Shown here: piece by piece, positions 25,098 through 38,400 of the stretch
How positions within the stretch are numbered: the first letter of the stretch is position 1
Layout of the letters: each line of letters opens with the position of its first letter
Assembly: GCF_000150275.1 (NCBI RefSeq)
Contig: NW_002060949.1
Location: 3,664,449-3,728,448 of the forward strand
Reading direction: 5' to 3'
Length of the DNA: 64,000 bases
DNA from: Trichoplax adhaerens
Lineage: Eukaryota; Animalia; Placozoa
Made by a program: the position numbers and the translations under genes
The notes under the pieces: generated by a model
Database searches by the model: none
The model's input: only the letters and a program-made list of their open reading frames with translations
What the model was told of the DNA's origin: nothing

Positions 25098-26900
25098 GTT
25101 GACAAATCCTGTTTGTTGATCTTTAACAACTTTTGATGATGGAAACCCACCCGAAATAGGTGTTACTATAAGAATAAAATACGTTAGTGCATGGCAGCTC
25201 AAAGTTATTGTCGCTTAGGTAGGTAACTGATAGCATAATCCATTTCAAATGGGAAATCGATTGCCTTGCATTCACTTTAGAATTTACATTGCGCCCATTA
25301 TAGACGGCTCTGTATCATGCTATGTAGAAGAAAAACTTTTTATACTTTGTATCCTGCTTCCTGCGATCATTTTTGACTCCATTAACTATCTGTACTACGT
25401 CTTCAAAATTGCTGGCTTGATAACAATAAGTAATAGTAATTTATACTATCTTCACAAAGTAACTAGTCAAGATAGTTGATATCTATGAATTAGGATAAAG
25501 CCAAACTGCACGCCATGTTCCCTACGTTTTTATGACATTACCGGTAGATGCATGGTGAAATATACAAGAGGATTGGATAGTTTAAAGGTAGTTGTTCAAA
25601 TTTCTACCTATTTCGAACTGAGAGTGAAAAGTGATCGTTTGTGATGATCTTGTAACGGCATTCTTGGTAGGATATTGCATGCGATTGTTTCAATGCTGTC
25701 CAATCCATTAAGACTGATATTACCATTACTTACAGTCCCATAACATTATCTATGCAGATTATACGACTGATAGCAATCATCTTAATTGATACTACGCTGG
25801 ACAAATTGAGCATTGATTAATTCTATTATATAGCACTACGTTTATAAATGAATTGTATTGGTAACATACTCTTACTTGTTGTCAATTGATTTGTATCAAT
25901 AATAAAAATGACATTGAATATTCGATAACCAATATTATCGATGAATCTTAAATAAGATGTGATTCCGGCAGACTACATGACTTATCGTTACTGGACAAAT
26001 TGAGTATCTAATGATTATACTATGTAGCATGATGTTGGATGGACATGAGTTGAATACTATAAAAATGATTCGACGATTAGGCCATATGCTCAATCTGTAC
26101 GGCTAACTAACATCCATTTCAAAATGTGAAATTGTGGATGTATCAGTGTTACGACCAAGTGCAATGATTGAAATAGAAAGAGCTCGTTACAATCATTACG
26201 ATATCGTACGATTGTCTTAACCAAGCTAAAGCTTTGGTTAATACAATCGTTTGGACGTTGGATGATGCTATCGTCAAGTAATTTTTCATCCAAGATGATG
26301 AAATTGATCAAGATATGGACCCATATGGCCCCCCTCTTGTCCAGAATGATTTGATCAAAGCAACGATCGATTCTTATTTGATGCAAATAATGGATCACTC
26401 GTTGGTATCTTTCTCGAACTGGCTAAGAATGAATAGACAGATCGATAGGCTCTTGATCGATACGACATGAAGTTTTAAGCCATTCTATCTTGATATCAAT
26501 ATTGTATAGGAATGATATTCAGGCAAGAAATGGAAGTGAAATTGCTGCAATCGATTTGTCTAGCAACCAACTTCTCCTACTATCACTGACTCCCTTGTAC
26601 GAGAGTAGTTGGACTGCGTCATCCAACTGCTCAATCCAGTTTGCTATGGTAGTACTCTATCATCGATGGATACTACACTATACGGTATGACAACGACTGC
26701 TTTTGGTGACATGGTACTGTAGCGTAGGCAAGGGGCTTGGCAGGACAATAATACAACTATTATAGCATCATCCATCGGCCGTATTTTTCCCCTTGATGAT
26801 GAAATGAAGGCAATATGATTGAAAAAATGCAATTGTAATCGCATTAAAGGTATCATTTTATGCAAGAATATGCTTCTATTGCTTACTCCAATCTACTTAC

Positions 26901-27003
26901 GGAATTGCTGTTGCTGCTGGTTGCCCACCGAAGCAAGAGAATTAATTCCAGCACCAGCTGCAGCACCGAATGTCACTGCAACGTCGAATGCGATGAAATT
27001 CAT
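26901..27003 (-). other. Probable first exon of ATP6V1H (5' UTR or in-frame N-terminal extension)
   Basis: GC-richer segment ending in a consensus donor C|GTAAGT at 26901/26900. It is phase-compatible with the acceptor TTCTTATAG| at 25165. The 5' boundary is not known. Confidence 0.5.
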
Positions 27004-27033
27004 GTGATAAAGTGAAGGAGAGAAATCACGTGA
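27000..27033. promoter_or_regulatory. Paired MiT/TFE-type E-boxes: TCATGTGA (M-box-like, 27000-27007) and TCACGTGA (CLEAR-like, 27026-27033)
   Basis: Both 8-mers are read directly and sit at the 5' end of the probable first exon of a V-ATPase subunit gene. Confidence 0.55.
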
Positions 27034-27169
27034 TGGTCAGCTTCAGCCAGGGGGCTTCATCCAACTCAGTATTCACCCGCAGTACAGTACAGTAGTTAGT
27101 CGTCTCCAGTTTACAGTATGCGTACTGTACTGTAAGGTAGAAACCTTATGTTATAACAGTCAGAACAGT

Positions 27170-27690
27170 ACTGTACTGTGCCGTATGGTGCAAGTACTGT
27201 ACTGTACGGTCTAATCCTTAAAGGATGTCACCCTCATCTTGCTATCCTTGCCATTGGGGACTACTATGATGGTAGGATTGAGGTGACACTTACTGTGCCA
27301 TTTACAGCATTTATGTTAGGGTACAGTACTGTACACCGTACTGTACAGTACAGTATAAAACTACCGTATGGTGCAAGTGCTGTACTGTCCAGTCTAATCC
27401 TTAAATGACGTCACTGTCATCTTGCTATCCATGTCATTGGGACTACTACGACAGTAGGGTTGAGGTGACACTCATTGTACCATTTTACAGCCTTTATGTT
27501 AGAACAGTCATACTGTACACTACTGTACTATACTCAGTGTACTGTACCGTATGGTGCAAGTGCTGTACTGTCCAGTCTAATCCTTAAATCATGTCACTCT
27601 CATCCTGCTATCCTTATCATTGGGACTACTATGACAGCAGGGTTGGGGTGACACTCATTGTGCCATTTTACAGCATTTACTGTACTGTAC
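27170..27690. repeat. Tandem repeat, 183-bp unit, ~2.8 copies, TACTG/CAGTA-rich
   Basis: CCGTATGGTGCAAGT recurs at ~27180, ~27364 and ~27547, each followed by GTCTAATCCTTAAA..GGGACTACTA..GGTGACACT. Confidence 0.93.
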
Positions 27691-28231
27691 TATACAGTGT
27701 ACAGTACTGTACATTCAGAAAGCGAAGTACTGTAGACAATTGTACTCTACTCAGGCTACTAAAACAAACTCCGCGCTCGAAAAAATGGATCCCTATTTCT
27801 TTTTCTTTTTTTTGCACTTCTGCTTACAAATTATACTGTACGACGTATCAGAATCGATAGTATAGAATTCATCAATTGAGTAGAAATAGAATTAGAACCA
27901 TACTGTACAATAATCAAGCTAGCAGCTTATTGGGATGGGAATCGGTAACAGCGCAGTGTATCGTTTCAGACATACGCTGCAGCTGAGCTGACCAGCAATA
28001 GCGTCAGCTTCATCACTTTGAACATACGGTACTGAACGGCCTCGGCTAATGGCTGGTATTGGCCATCTCGTTCCACATAGCATAAAATTTCCAAATGCAA
28101 CTAAAATGTTCATTACATATTACTTGGAGAGAACGTCAATGTACTACGTTCATTGAAAGGAAGTTTTTAGTTCTCTTTGCGCATTTCAACTCCTTTTAAT
28201 AAATAGTAAAAGTTAGCTGAATCAAGCAATA

Positions 28232-28580
28232 CAGTAAGTCGCCGGTTATTAAGCCCAGAAGCCCAGCCGCGTATTAAGCCCAAAACGGCATGGTACGGAA
28301 TTTTACATACATAGCAAAATCCGCCGGTTAATAAGCCCAGCCGCCGGTTATAAAACCCAGTTCGCCAACAGATTATAGCGAGATTCTCATCTCTCTGCAC
28401 CCCAGCGCCTGAGAAACCAGTTGTACGCGTACATAACCAAGCACTACACATATATATGTTCGTATGCGTATGTATAGTGCTTATCCTGCGTTTGCGTTTG
28501 CACTCCGGTTATTGCGCCCGCCGCTTATTAAGCCCAATTTGGTCTGGGCCCGAGGTGGGCTTAATAACCGGCGACAGCTG
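28232..28580. mobile_element. MITE / non-autonomous DNA transposon, Tc1-mariner/pogo-type ends
   Basis: Ends are CAG...CTG, flanked by TA on both sides (28230-28231, 28581-28582). There is a perfect 20-bp inverted repeat GTCGCCGGTTATTAAGCCCA (28238-28257 / 28556-28575), internal TAAGCCC repeats, higher GC than the flanks, and no transposase ORF. Confidence 0.8.
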
Positions 28581-30261
28581 TATTAATCATAATTTCCCTG
28601 TTACAGCTACGACAGTCAATCAATCGATCGAATCTGTTTTAATACTGCAATAATAATTGCTGCCTATCTAGCCAGCCGGTAATCCATCAACCGGTATAAA
28701 ATTACAGCTGAAGGCTGTATCCATCATAAAAATGACAACTTGTTGAGTAATGTAATTTGAAATTCAATAGCAGCGAGTCAGTTGAGTATGTTGATGTTAT
28801 AAATTTGCAACAGGAAAAAGTTAAAACTATTCTACAAATTACACTATGAACCTACGGTCAACTTTATCCTCCTTAATATCTACCCACAGTACGACTCTAA
28901 ATACTGACGATCTCCTATCGTCAGGAGCAACGATAATACAACGCTAGTCTCTCTGAGACATAACTGAATTCAAACATTAACGAAAAGTCAGCCAATTTGT
29001 AGAAAATCTGTATAAACTTTAGTGATCAGAGCTTCGATAATATTATAAAACTAGGCAGTTATCTATTAAAAGTATGTATAATGTCATAGATAACGGTATG
29101 TTATCCGATAAACATCAATAAAGTGTTTTGTAGGAAAAGCCACTTTCGTGATAGTTATCAAGATACTTTTCCCAGCATTTGCAATACAAGATAGTCATTT
29201 TTGGATTTGAAATGGTATTTTTGCCTGAATTGAACTAAATTTAAAGTAGGTTCGACTGATGATATCTAGTTAATGTATCAGAAATACCGTATGATACTGT
29301 AAATTCTTCATACGAGTTAGTAACATTTTATTTATTAATTTACAGTTAGATTGAATAATACGCGTCTACCATCTTTGAATAATTAGCTTCAGTGTAGGAG
29401 ACAGTAATCTTCCATTGCAACACATGTCAACAGCTAGGCATTGAGTTATGGTAAGGTAATCTAGACAATCATTCTAACTCATGAAATCTTCTTATACAAT
29501 AACTTTCAGTACAATGATAAAGATTTTATATAAAAGTTTGATTCTGTTAACAACAGTAATGTTTTTTTAACTGACTGTATTTGGGCAAAAATTTGATACC
29601 TTTGCAATCCCTGCATTCTAAGATTGTTTAGCATACAACTAAATCTGCAAAAGGTGAGTATCTTAACTTGTATTATTATTAAATCACAAATGGTCTGCTA
29701 TAATGCAGCTTCATCATTGATAGTCGGTATTATCACCTTTTGAAGAATTGAGTGGGATAATTAGAGACTCTTCTCTACAGACATGTCCTAATTGAGCGCC
29801 AAGATTGGATAAAAAATTTAAAGTCAGAATTCGAATTTGATATAGACTTCAGTTCTGCATTTTGTAAAAAGATGAATTTTGTAACTGAATAAAGGAAATT
29901 GAAAGTTAATTAAAAGTTATCGATATTGGCTTCAAATTGCGATTCTTGGTGTAATGATTTTGCAAATGACACCGAATGTTACTATTTAAAGTCTACATCA
30001 AATGCTCTTAACTTTAGTACAGTAGTTCGAAGTAGTAATTTAGCAAAGGCCTATTCTAGAACTTACATAGTACGTTATACTATTGTACTTACTAAAAACT
30101 TATACGAGTCTTTATTATTTATTCAATATTTCCTGATAGACTCGTTCTCATTACGATTTACGATCTTAATATACTGCGTTGTGGAATATGCCTACACAAT
30201 GACTAGTGGTAATAGTGAAGTGAACGAATAGAATACAAAGAAATGTGCTTATCCAGTCGAA

Positions 30262-30280
30262 TATATATATATATATATAT
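30262..30280. repeat. (AT)n microsatellite
   Basis: atatatatatatatatat run. Confidence 0.85.
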
Positions 30281-33200
30281 TAGATTCTGGAAATAGTTAT
30301 TAATGGTAGGCATTGTATGTTCGTTTTATTTACTACATACGTAAATAAAGAAGGCTATCTATAGCGACATAGTATAATCGACATTACATGTATATCAAAG
30401 CATATCCTTTAACATAAGTCTAGATAAAGATCAAAGAACACGAAGAAAATACACACAAAGCATGATTTATTATTTAGAAGTAATAATGAACATAGAAAGC
30501 TATCTTTCTAAAAAAGTTGATCAACATAAATCAAGTAATCAACGCCTGAAAGTATCCAAAAGGATTATCGATAATAAAGATTCGCTTATATCATTTTATT
30601 GTATTAATCTATCAATCAGTATGAATACATTAAAGTTAAAAACTGAGACACATGAATGCCGAAAAAGGACCATTTCGTGTATGACATATCAGCAATAATA
30701 ATTTGTAGACAACATTTAATTCTATTTAATTCAATCACATATTTTAACTACGTACATATCTTTTGAATTCCTATCATAAATTATCGCAATTTTCTGTTAA
30801 TTTGATGTAAATATTTATCGAATACCATCAAGTCAATAAGCCCAATTAGTTAGAATACGCCCTATACTATTCTAAGAAATGGCGAGGATCACGAGTCAAT
30901 ATATCATATGATATGTGAAACATATGGTACTATTCAAAAATTTGGATTAGATTAGGGTGGGGTTCTATCGATGATGCTACTTACTTTTCTTGTCAGGGCG
31001 GATAAGATGAGGTAAATAAGGGTGGATCAATAAAAATTAGTAATCTCTTGACGTCAAATTTTGTTTAAATGATCATCTACTTAGGTCTTAAATGCTAAAT
31101 TGGATATAAATTAGGCAGACGATGATGCAATTTTAAAACATAGATTACTACAAGTAGAATATACTGTCGTATAGCGAGTAAATATCACTGAGATAATGCT
31201 GCTATTACGTCGCAGTTGAAGAGAAATCGTTATTTCTAAATGGAAATTATGAAAAGGAGACGATTATTAATGAATTGATTATAATAGCTATCAAGTTTGA
31301 TATTACAGTTAATATCATCTGCATATTATTTCAAGCTACTGTCGATACTACAACATGCTTTATTGTCAATTTCTCTTTCCAGAGTAATTGTAAAATTAGG
31401 ATAATGTTGATGATATGCCGTAATTGGCAACCCTATCAGCGTCTTCTAAGAAACATTGAAAATGTTTTTTTCCCGTTATACTTCGTATTATCTAGCGCTA
31501 ATATATCGTACGCCTTTATGCATCATTATTTAGGTAAAAAATTATCTCATAGCTCTAAACTAACAAAATTCTTGTAACTAAATCAAATTAGAAACGCTTC
31601 TCTGATGATTGTTAATATAGCTTTATTCTTATATTTTGAATGTTGATTTTTCATAATAGGAGAGTTTATCCTTGCTCAAAAAGTCTCTATTATGGTCAAT
31701 ATTGGCTATTTTTAAAGTAAGATAGGTGGTAACAATGATGAATACCGTTGTCCATCTATGTATTACCTACATGCGTGGATATATATTCCGTCTATGTGTC
31801 AAGAGAATCTTTGTTATGATAATCAATATTCCGCAATTTTTATCCAATTTCAATTTAAAATTTTCATGTATATCACCTAATTGAATCAGGTATAAATATT
31901 CATGCCTGTTATATACATATATTTGTCCTATCGAGTCAGGTATATTAAAATCACCTCATATAAAGACATGATAGCAGTTTTACTGAAGTTAACCTTGTAA
32001 ATCTTTCATGCCAGCTCTTTATTTTTTAATATGAGCTAATTTAATCAAGATAAGAAAAAAATAGTTAAAATCAATTGTAAATCTGTCGCAAATTGAATGG
32101 AAATCTATATCAACACGATTAACCTAGTTGTCGATGTCAGTCTATACGTTGGGTCCGAGAAAGAAGACAAATTGTATCTATTATCGCAATCATCATTGAT
32201 ATTCTACTAAACCATATTGTAGCGTTGCGTCCAGATGATTTTGTGTGTATTAAAAATTTGATCTTTTATCTGTAGATTATACTTACAAGCCCACTATGAA
32301 TCATCATTATTTTAATCTATTTTAATTGTCGCGTTATGATGACTAGATATCTCCACCTTTTCTTTCTTCTTAAACTAATAGATATTGTCTCGATCATCAA
32401 TGTAATATACGATCTGAAATATAAGTTACAATAGCATTAGTAACATCGTTAATAACCTGATAAATTACTGCAAGTCCTCATCAAAACTTTCTATTGTTCT
32501 ACCTTTTTTTCCCCCCCAAGTCAAATAGCGTTGATCTAATAAAAATAAATTATAAGTATATCTTTATACTCTTCCAGTGACATTCCTACTCTATCCTACC
32601 GATATTATTTGCCTTAATCGATGCAATATAATAATAACGAAAAAAGTATAAAAATAGCATAGGAAAATAATTAGGGAAAACTTACATCTAGAATATATTG
32701 TAGTTGATAGGATCCGCATTTTTGAAGCGTTTTAAATCACGAAATTGAAGTTAAATTATATCGATGAATCTTGGTCGATATTTTTGACATCTCCTTCAAA
32801 AATAAAGAGTGATTTAATCATAAAGGAAATAATAGCAAGGGCTGAATATGGGAGGAGTGGGAAGAAAATAACTCTAGAAGTTACTATTGATAGAAAATGA
32901 AGCAGAATTATTAATACCGGTAATAGATGTTGACTCATTACCGTACAGCAGCCTTGATCGTATGGCGACTGATTAGCATTTTGTTCATTTGAATACAATC
33001 ATTGACTAGTGTACCTTAACAGCTAAGCTATACTTTTTCTCCTCCTCTTATGAATAACGTCGTATTATAAAATACTCATGACTCTGTATAATTCATATCT
33101 AAAAAATGTATTCTTCTAGCCAAGAATACAAGTTATAATACAGTAGTATTGATGATTCTTTTTCATCTCCATCTATTATAATAGGAATAAAATAGAAATA

Positions 33201-33539
33201 GACTGGAATAGTTGAATATTATATTGTTCATGATAATTGATTTTTGTTCTACCCTTTATTTTTATCATTTTTTGTTGTTTCCGTTGTCTTATTCTTTAGC
33301 AACCCTATCCAATAACAATACCAGCGTCTATTTGCGTCTACAACAAGGAGAAAAATCGGTTGGAATCTTCCTAGCTATCACTTCACTTGATCGATTTTTC
33401 CAAAGTCTTTTCCCAATTTGTGGAAACAATACACTCTACTTGTCCACATCCTACTACGATTGAACTATTGTCCATTGATTATATTGTCGATACCATACTG
33501 AAAATTTACCCTTATTTCTTTACCAATTTTTTACATACG

Positions 33540-33714
33540 GATCTCTAACTTCCAGTACAAGGCGGATAAACCGAAATTAGACAGCACAATCGTTCATCGA
33601 TCGATTGCTCACTCACTGATCTATTGATTCCATTTTTGGCCTAAATTATTAGAAAGAGCCACGAAAAGCCTTAATAACATCGAGAAAAAGCGGAAAGGAA
33701 ACGAGAAAAGGAAT
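33540..33714 (+). other. Possible non-coding 5' exon of the RIM gene
   Basis: Ends in the donor-like AAT|GTAAGT at 33714/33715, and an acceptor (ATTCAG|) lies just upstream of the RIM ATG. The start coordinate is a guess. Confidence 0.3.
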
Positions 33715-35451
33715 GTAAGTCTTTCATTTTGATTAGTCAGTAAGCTCTACTGACATATCGTTAACTTTTTAATACGGCTGCAAATGAATCATACTCAATT
33801 GAAGTTTATTATTTTTATTTTTTCTTAACTGTATATCCTATAGTAAATAGATTATGCAATTTTTAAATCTTCTCTATCAAAGAATTTTATCCATAATGCG
33901 ATGATTGTTCATAAAGATTTGAAATCAATTCGTTATAAATTTTTATTATTACATCAAAAAACGTGATCGTAACCCAATCAGTAATTTTAGACTTTTACGT
34001 AGTATTGTAAAAGCCAGTATAAAATCGATCATCATCTATGTTAGTGATTTGAACAGATTAGTATGACAAATTAATCAAGAAGATTGACGTAATAGAAGAA
34101 AGCTGATGATTTTTGCTCGTTGTAGTCGTCTTGATTGGTGTGTAGACAGATTTAAAATACACTCGTAGGGTAAAAATATCTAAGTAAAATGATGCTTTCT
34201 CGGTAATCCGTATTCGTTCTAGTTAGCGTACATTTTATGATAGACGTTTATACGTTACATAAGATTGGATATATTCTTCTTATTATTTTTTACCAATAAT
34301 TATGACTGATAAAAGGAGAAAATACCGCCTTGTGTTGAAATTCATAATACTTACTGTAGAAATTAGATATACAGTACAGTAGTCTTTGCGTATGCTAAAG
34401 TCTCTCACTTGATTGCCTTTATAATTGTATCATTTCAAGTTCTTCATTACAACTATCGTACTATTTTCCTCTTTTTGCTGTCTCGTTCTCCTTCTTCTCT
34501 CTACTACCGATTGATAATTTCCTAGTTTCAACCAAGTAGAAATCAGCAATATACTAATATGATCGTCAGTATTTGTCTTAATTTGAAGAAAGAGAGAGAG
34601 AGACAGAGCAACAACCTATCAGTTCGTAGACATAGTGCTGACATTATCATTTGATGCTTTACTCTTTTGATCAGTTTTGTGATTTTCTTAAGAGAAATTC
34701 TTTTACTACTTGTATTTATGAATAACATAATTGTCATTTTTAGCGTGGATTACTTGTGTAAGTTATAGTTTCAGTATAAAATAGTGGTATATTATATTCT
34801 TATTCTATTTTTGAATTTTTCTTACTAAAAATGAAGCTTATATGGAATAAAGTAGTCACGTTAAGTCAACGTTGTAAATCATCAGTTTAAAATCATGTAT
34901 ATACAATCATAGCATTTATAACCCGAGACAAATAGATTATTTAATATTGTTATAAATATGCTCCATCAGTAATCATGTTATATTATCTTTGATCTATTTT
35001 TTTCTCTATCCAGCTATGATAGATCATTTTATAACTAATCTTTTTTCGTTTGCTAGATTGATCGATATTAACTTACATTTGGGTAATCAACATCATATCA
35101 TCTATTAAACGAAGAATAGAACTTGAACAGACGCAAGCAATCCCTTTTCATTGTAGTATTGCGTGTCTGCCATTTTTCACACCGCTTTTGACTTACTACG
35201 AATTAAAAATTAAGCAATCGCTCTGCAAATATTACCTTGATAAGGATATATTTTCACCCTAGTCAAAGCAAGATTATCGTACCAAGGCTTGGAGCTTTAT
35301 AACCTTGTCGTTACAGACGAAAACTACGTCGAGTTATCATCCATTTCTCCCTCTTCCCTCCTTCAAAAGACGGTTGATTAATTTACATAGAAGAGTTGAA
35401 TGATCTATCTATCCATGGTCTTATAAATTATTATATTCAGATTTAGAAAGA

Positions 35452-38400
35452 ATGTGGCCATCCAAGATACAAAATGTATTCTTTGGGAATACAAATAGGT
35501 CTACTAGCCATAATGGGCATGATGGCGACGATTTTGAAGTGGTAGAACATTTACCTCAATTTTCACGATTAACCGAAGAAGAAAGACAGCGTATTCAAGA
35601 AGTATTAAAAAAGCAAAAACAATTTGATGAGCAAAATCAAGCCCATGTAGAGTAAGTTAAGCTCAAAATAAGATTTTTCTTTCAAGTGTAATCACTTGCG
35701 TTTTTTATTAGAATTTAATTTTATCATCATCAGATGTATTTACCGATAACTATAAGTTCATTATTAATGTCGGCAGCGGATGATGTACCGTTACCATCTA
35801 TATATACAGTCCTTATGGTTGATGATAACATCACCGTGATGATCGTGATGATTCATCTCTATTTTTGGGAGCAGGGAGGATTGGAAATGATAGATAAATG
35901 TTTTCCTTGATCATTTTTTTACAATTTTCTCTCCTTTCTAATTGAGTCTAAACAATTAGTCAGATAACGATATGGATTAGTCGTAGGACTAAAGGCATCA
36001 AAAGTAGAAGATTTAGCGGTGTATTCTAGTCCATGTTCTATTTGTTAATGAAATAAGATGGACGATGCTAGTCAATTACATAATGATACTATTCCTGTGA
36101 ACATGATCCATAAATATTTGTTGTAACGTTAGATGATAAAAACATGCAGGAAAAGCATCCAGCCGAAGTCTGAACAAAATATTGTACATTAGAGCAAGAA
36201 TTTGTATAGCGTTGTGAAGAATAGTTGTCATCATTACTGCAGATAAACATGGATAGCTTTCGATAGAAAATATAATCAATATAGTTGTATTAAATTATGC
36301 TATCGCTATTATATATTTTCAATTAAATCATCTTTTATCATTGATGGATAATTTAAAATGATATCGTTATTCCTTTCGATCATGAGTCGATGGAAATCAA
36401 GTTACAACAAGTATGAAAATGATCAATTCGTTAGAATCGCCACGGTATACCAAATTCCTTAGAGTGAATTGTTACTTTGACAACTATATTGATGCTAGAA
36501 AAATATAGACTAAATTACTATACAATTAAGGATACGCTAGAATTCCATCGGAAATGCTATTGTATGATTGGAACGAATTTATATAATATGCATAACGTAT
36601 ATCAAAAGTTCAATTTAAAAGGGGACTACTCGCAGTTACAACTAGCTATAAAGATCAATAATATTGGTCTTTAATCTTGATCGTAGTTGTGGCTAAAATC
36701 TATCAGTAATTATATTGGATTAGTTGGTGTATAAAATAGCTTATAAGAAAAACGGTTAGAAAACTGTTATAAAAAGTAAAATTATAGAAAGAAATGAAAT
36801 AGACGAAAGGGATAGTTCTTGTCTGCAAGGCTTTTTCTTCTCCTTTTTCTTATTAACGATGTTATAATTTGGTCAACATCACTGATCTATGTCTTATACA
36901 TAGAATGAAAATATTTAAAAAATGAACATACGCTCTTAAATTGATATTTTCCATTTTTTTTGGGGGGGGGAAGCGATTTATCATTCATCATTCAAAGACA
37001 GACATTCCATTTTCTTGGATATAAACTGTTCTCTTTGCTGTTATAAAATATCTCTTTGTAACTGCATCTTTCTCTGTCAGTCGTGCTTAAATTGCCCAAT
37101 TTGATCGTCTTCTTTGTACGCCTAAAATTGTAGAAGGAATTATCAATCAAAAATTTTATAAGTTTATTAATATAGGATAAAGGGTTGCTTATCTCGTTCA
37201 TAAAGTCTTGTATCGCCAGATCTTCCATATTGAACAGTAAAAGTAAAAGTTGTTACAGAAGATTTCATTATCTTAGCCTTTCAAAAGTCGTTCAATCATC
37301 ATGAGAAAGTACTTGGACTGTTGCAATGGATTTTACTTGAATTTTTAAGCTTTTTTTGTGCTATTGCTGTTAATTTTATTGGCAGCATAGCACTACACAT
37401 TATTTTTAAATGCTCTCTTATTTCTTTCAACTTAATTTTATATACTTAAGTATTCTATATAGTTTCCATTTTCTTTTCTTTTTCAATTAATACGGTGCAA
37501 GTACCAAAAAATTGACATGTACTTTATGTATGAAGTTGTTTCTTGGCTTTCTATCATGATTTAGAGTGTATTAGGATACATTAGCCATCGTGAAATTCAT
37601 TTTAATCAACTTAGAATATTGAAATAGTTAGCGAATAACTAAACTGACATAGCATAGAAATAGGACATTTTTAGTTCAACACTCTAAACGATATCTTGAC
37701 AAGGTATCGAATATCATTAAAAAAATAGTAATTGCATCAAGAATTTTACTTTTCATTTGGGTCAAGAGAAGAAGTTCAAATGTTATTGATATATCGAAAT
37801 AAGACTCGTTAAGACTGTTCAATGAGTGTATTATTAGTTACAAAAGAATGTTTAGCTTTGAAACTTTTTAATTATAAAACGTTGAAAATTTTAATAGCAT
37901 TGATGCTATCTACTATGTACCAACAAATGAAGATTCATTTTGAGCATCTTTGCTTGATCAGTTACTACCGTAAAGTAATTATAAAAGTGCAAAGAGGTCC
38001 AAATTTTTAACTATGTAAAGGGTATCTTAATTTTAACATTGCTATCGTCAATAGATGATATTCAATTTTAGAATCTACCACCAATATCTAGCCTAGTTGA
38101 AGGCTAAACTACAATATTGATCATATTGAATTTCATAACATCCAATTCATGATCAAATACTTGACAAGATTCCCTCAGGGACTTATCAATTCTACTTTGG
38201 CAAATGGATTTTTATTATTGAAAACTTATCCTATCATGGTTGTAAACTCCAGATAGTAAGCTGAATATTAAGCTCTTGATCCGTTTTTGGAATCATATCC
38301 TAATCATGCTGATAGATTACTTTTGAAATGATCTTAAGCGCTTGAGCAAAAGAATAAATAGTCCGTAGAAGAAAGTGAAAATACTAACATAGTCTATTGC

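Noticed and set aside
27178-27860. Three short similar ORFs (CYP..WDYYD) as a peptide family
   Set aside because: They are translations of the 183-bp tandem repeat in shifting frames, with no splice or domain support.
28600-35400. Short ORFs between the MITE and RIM (also those at 58600-62700)
   Set aside because: 60-100 aa with AT-driven composition, no motifs, and no consistent exon chain.
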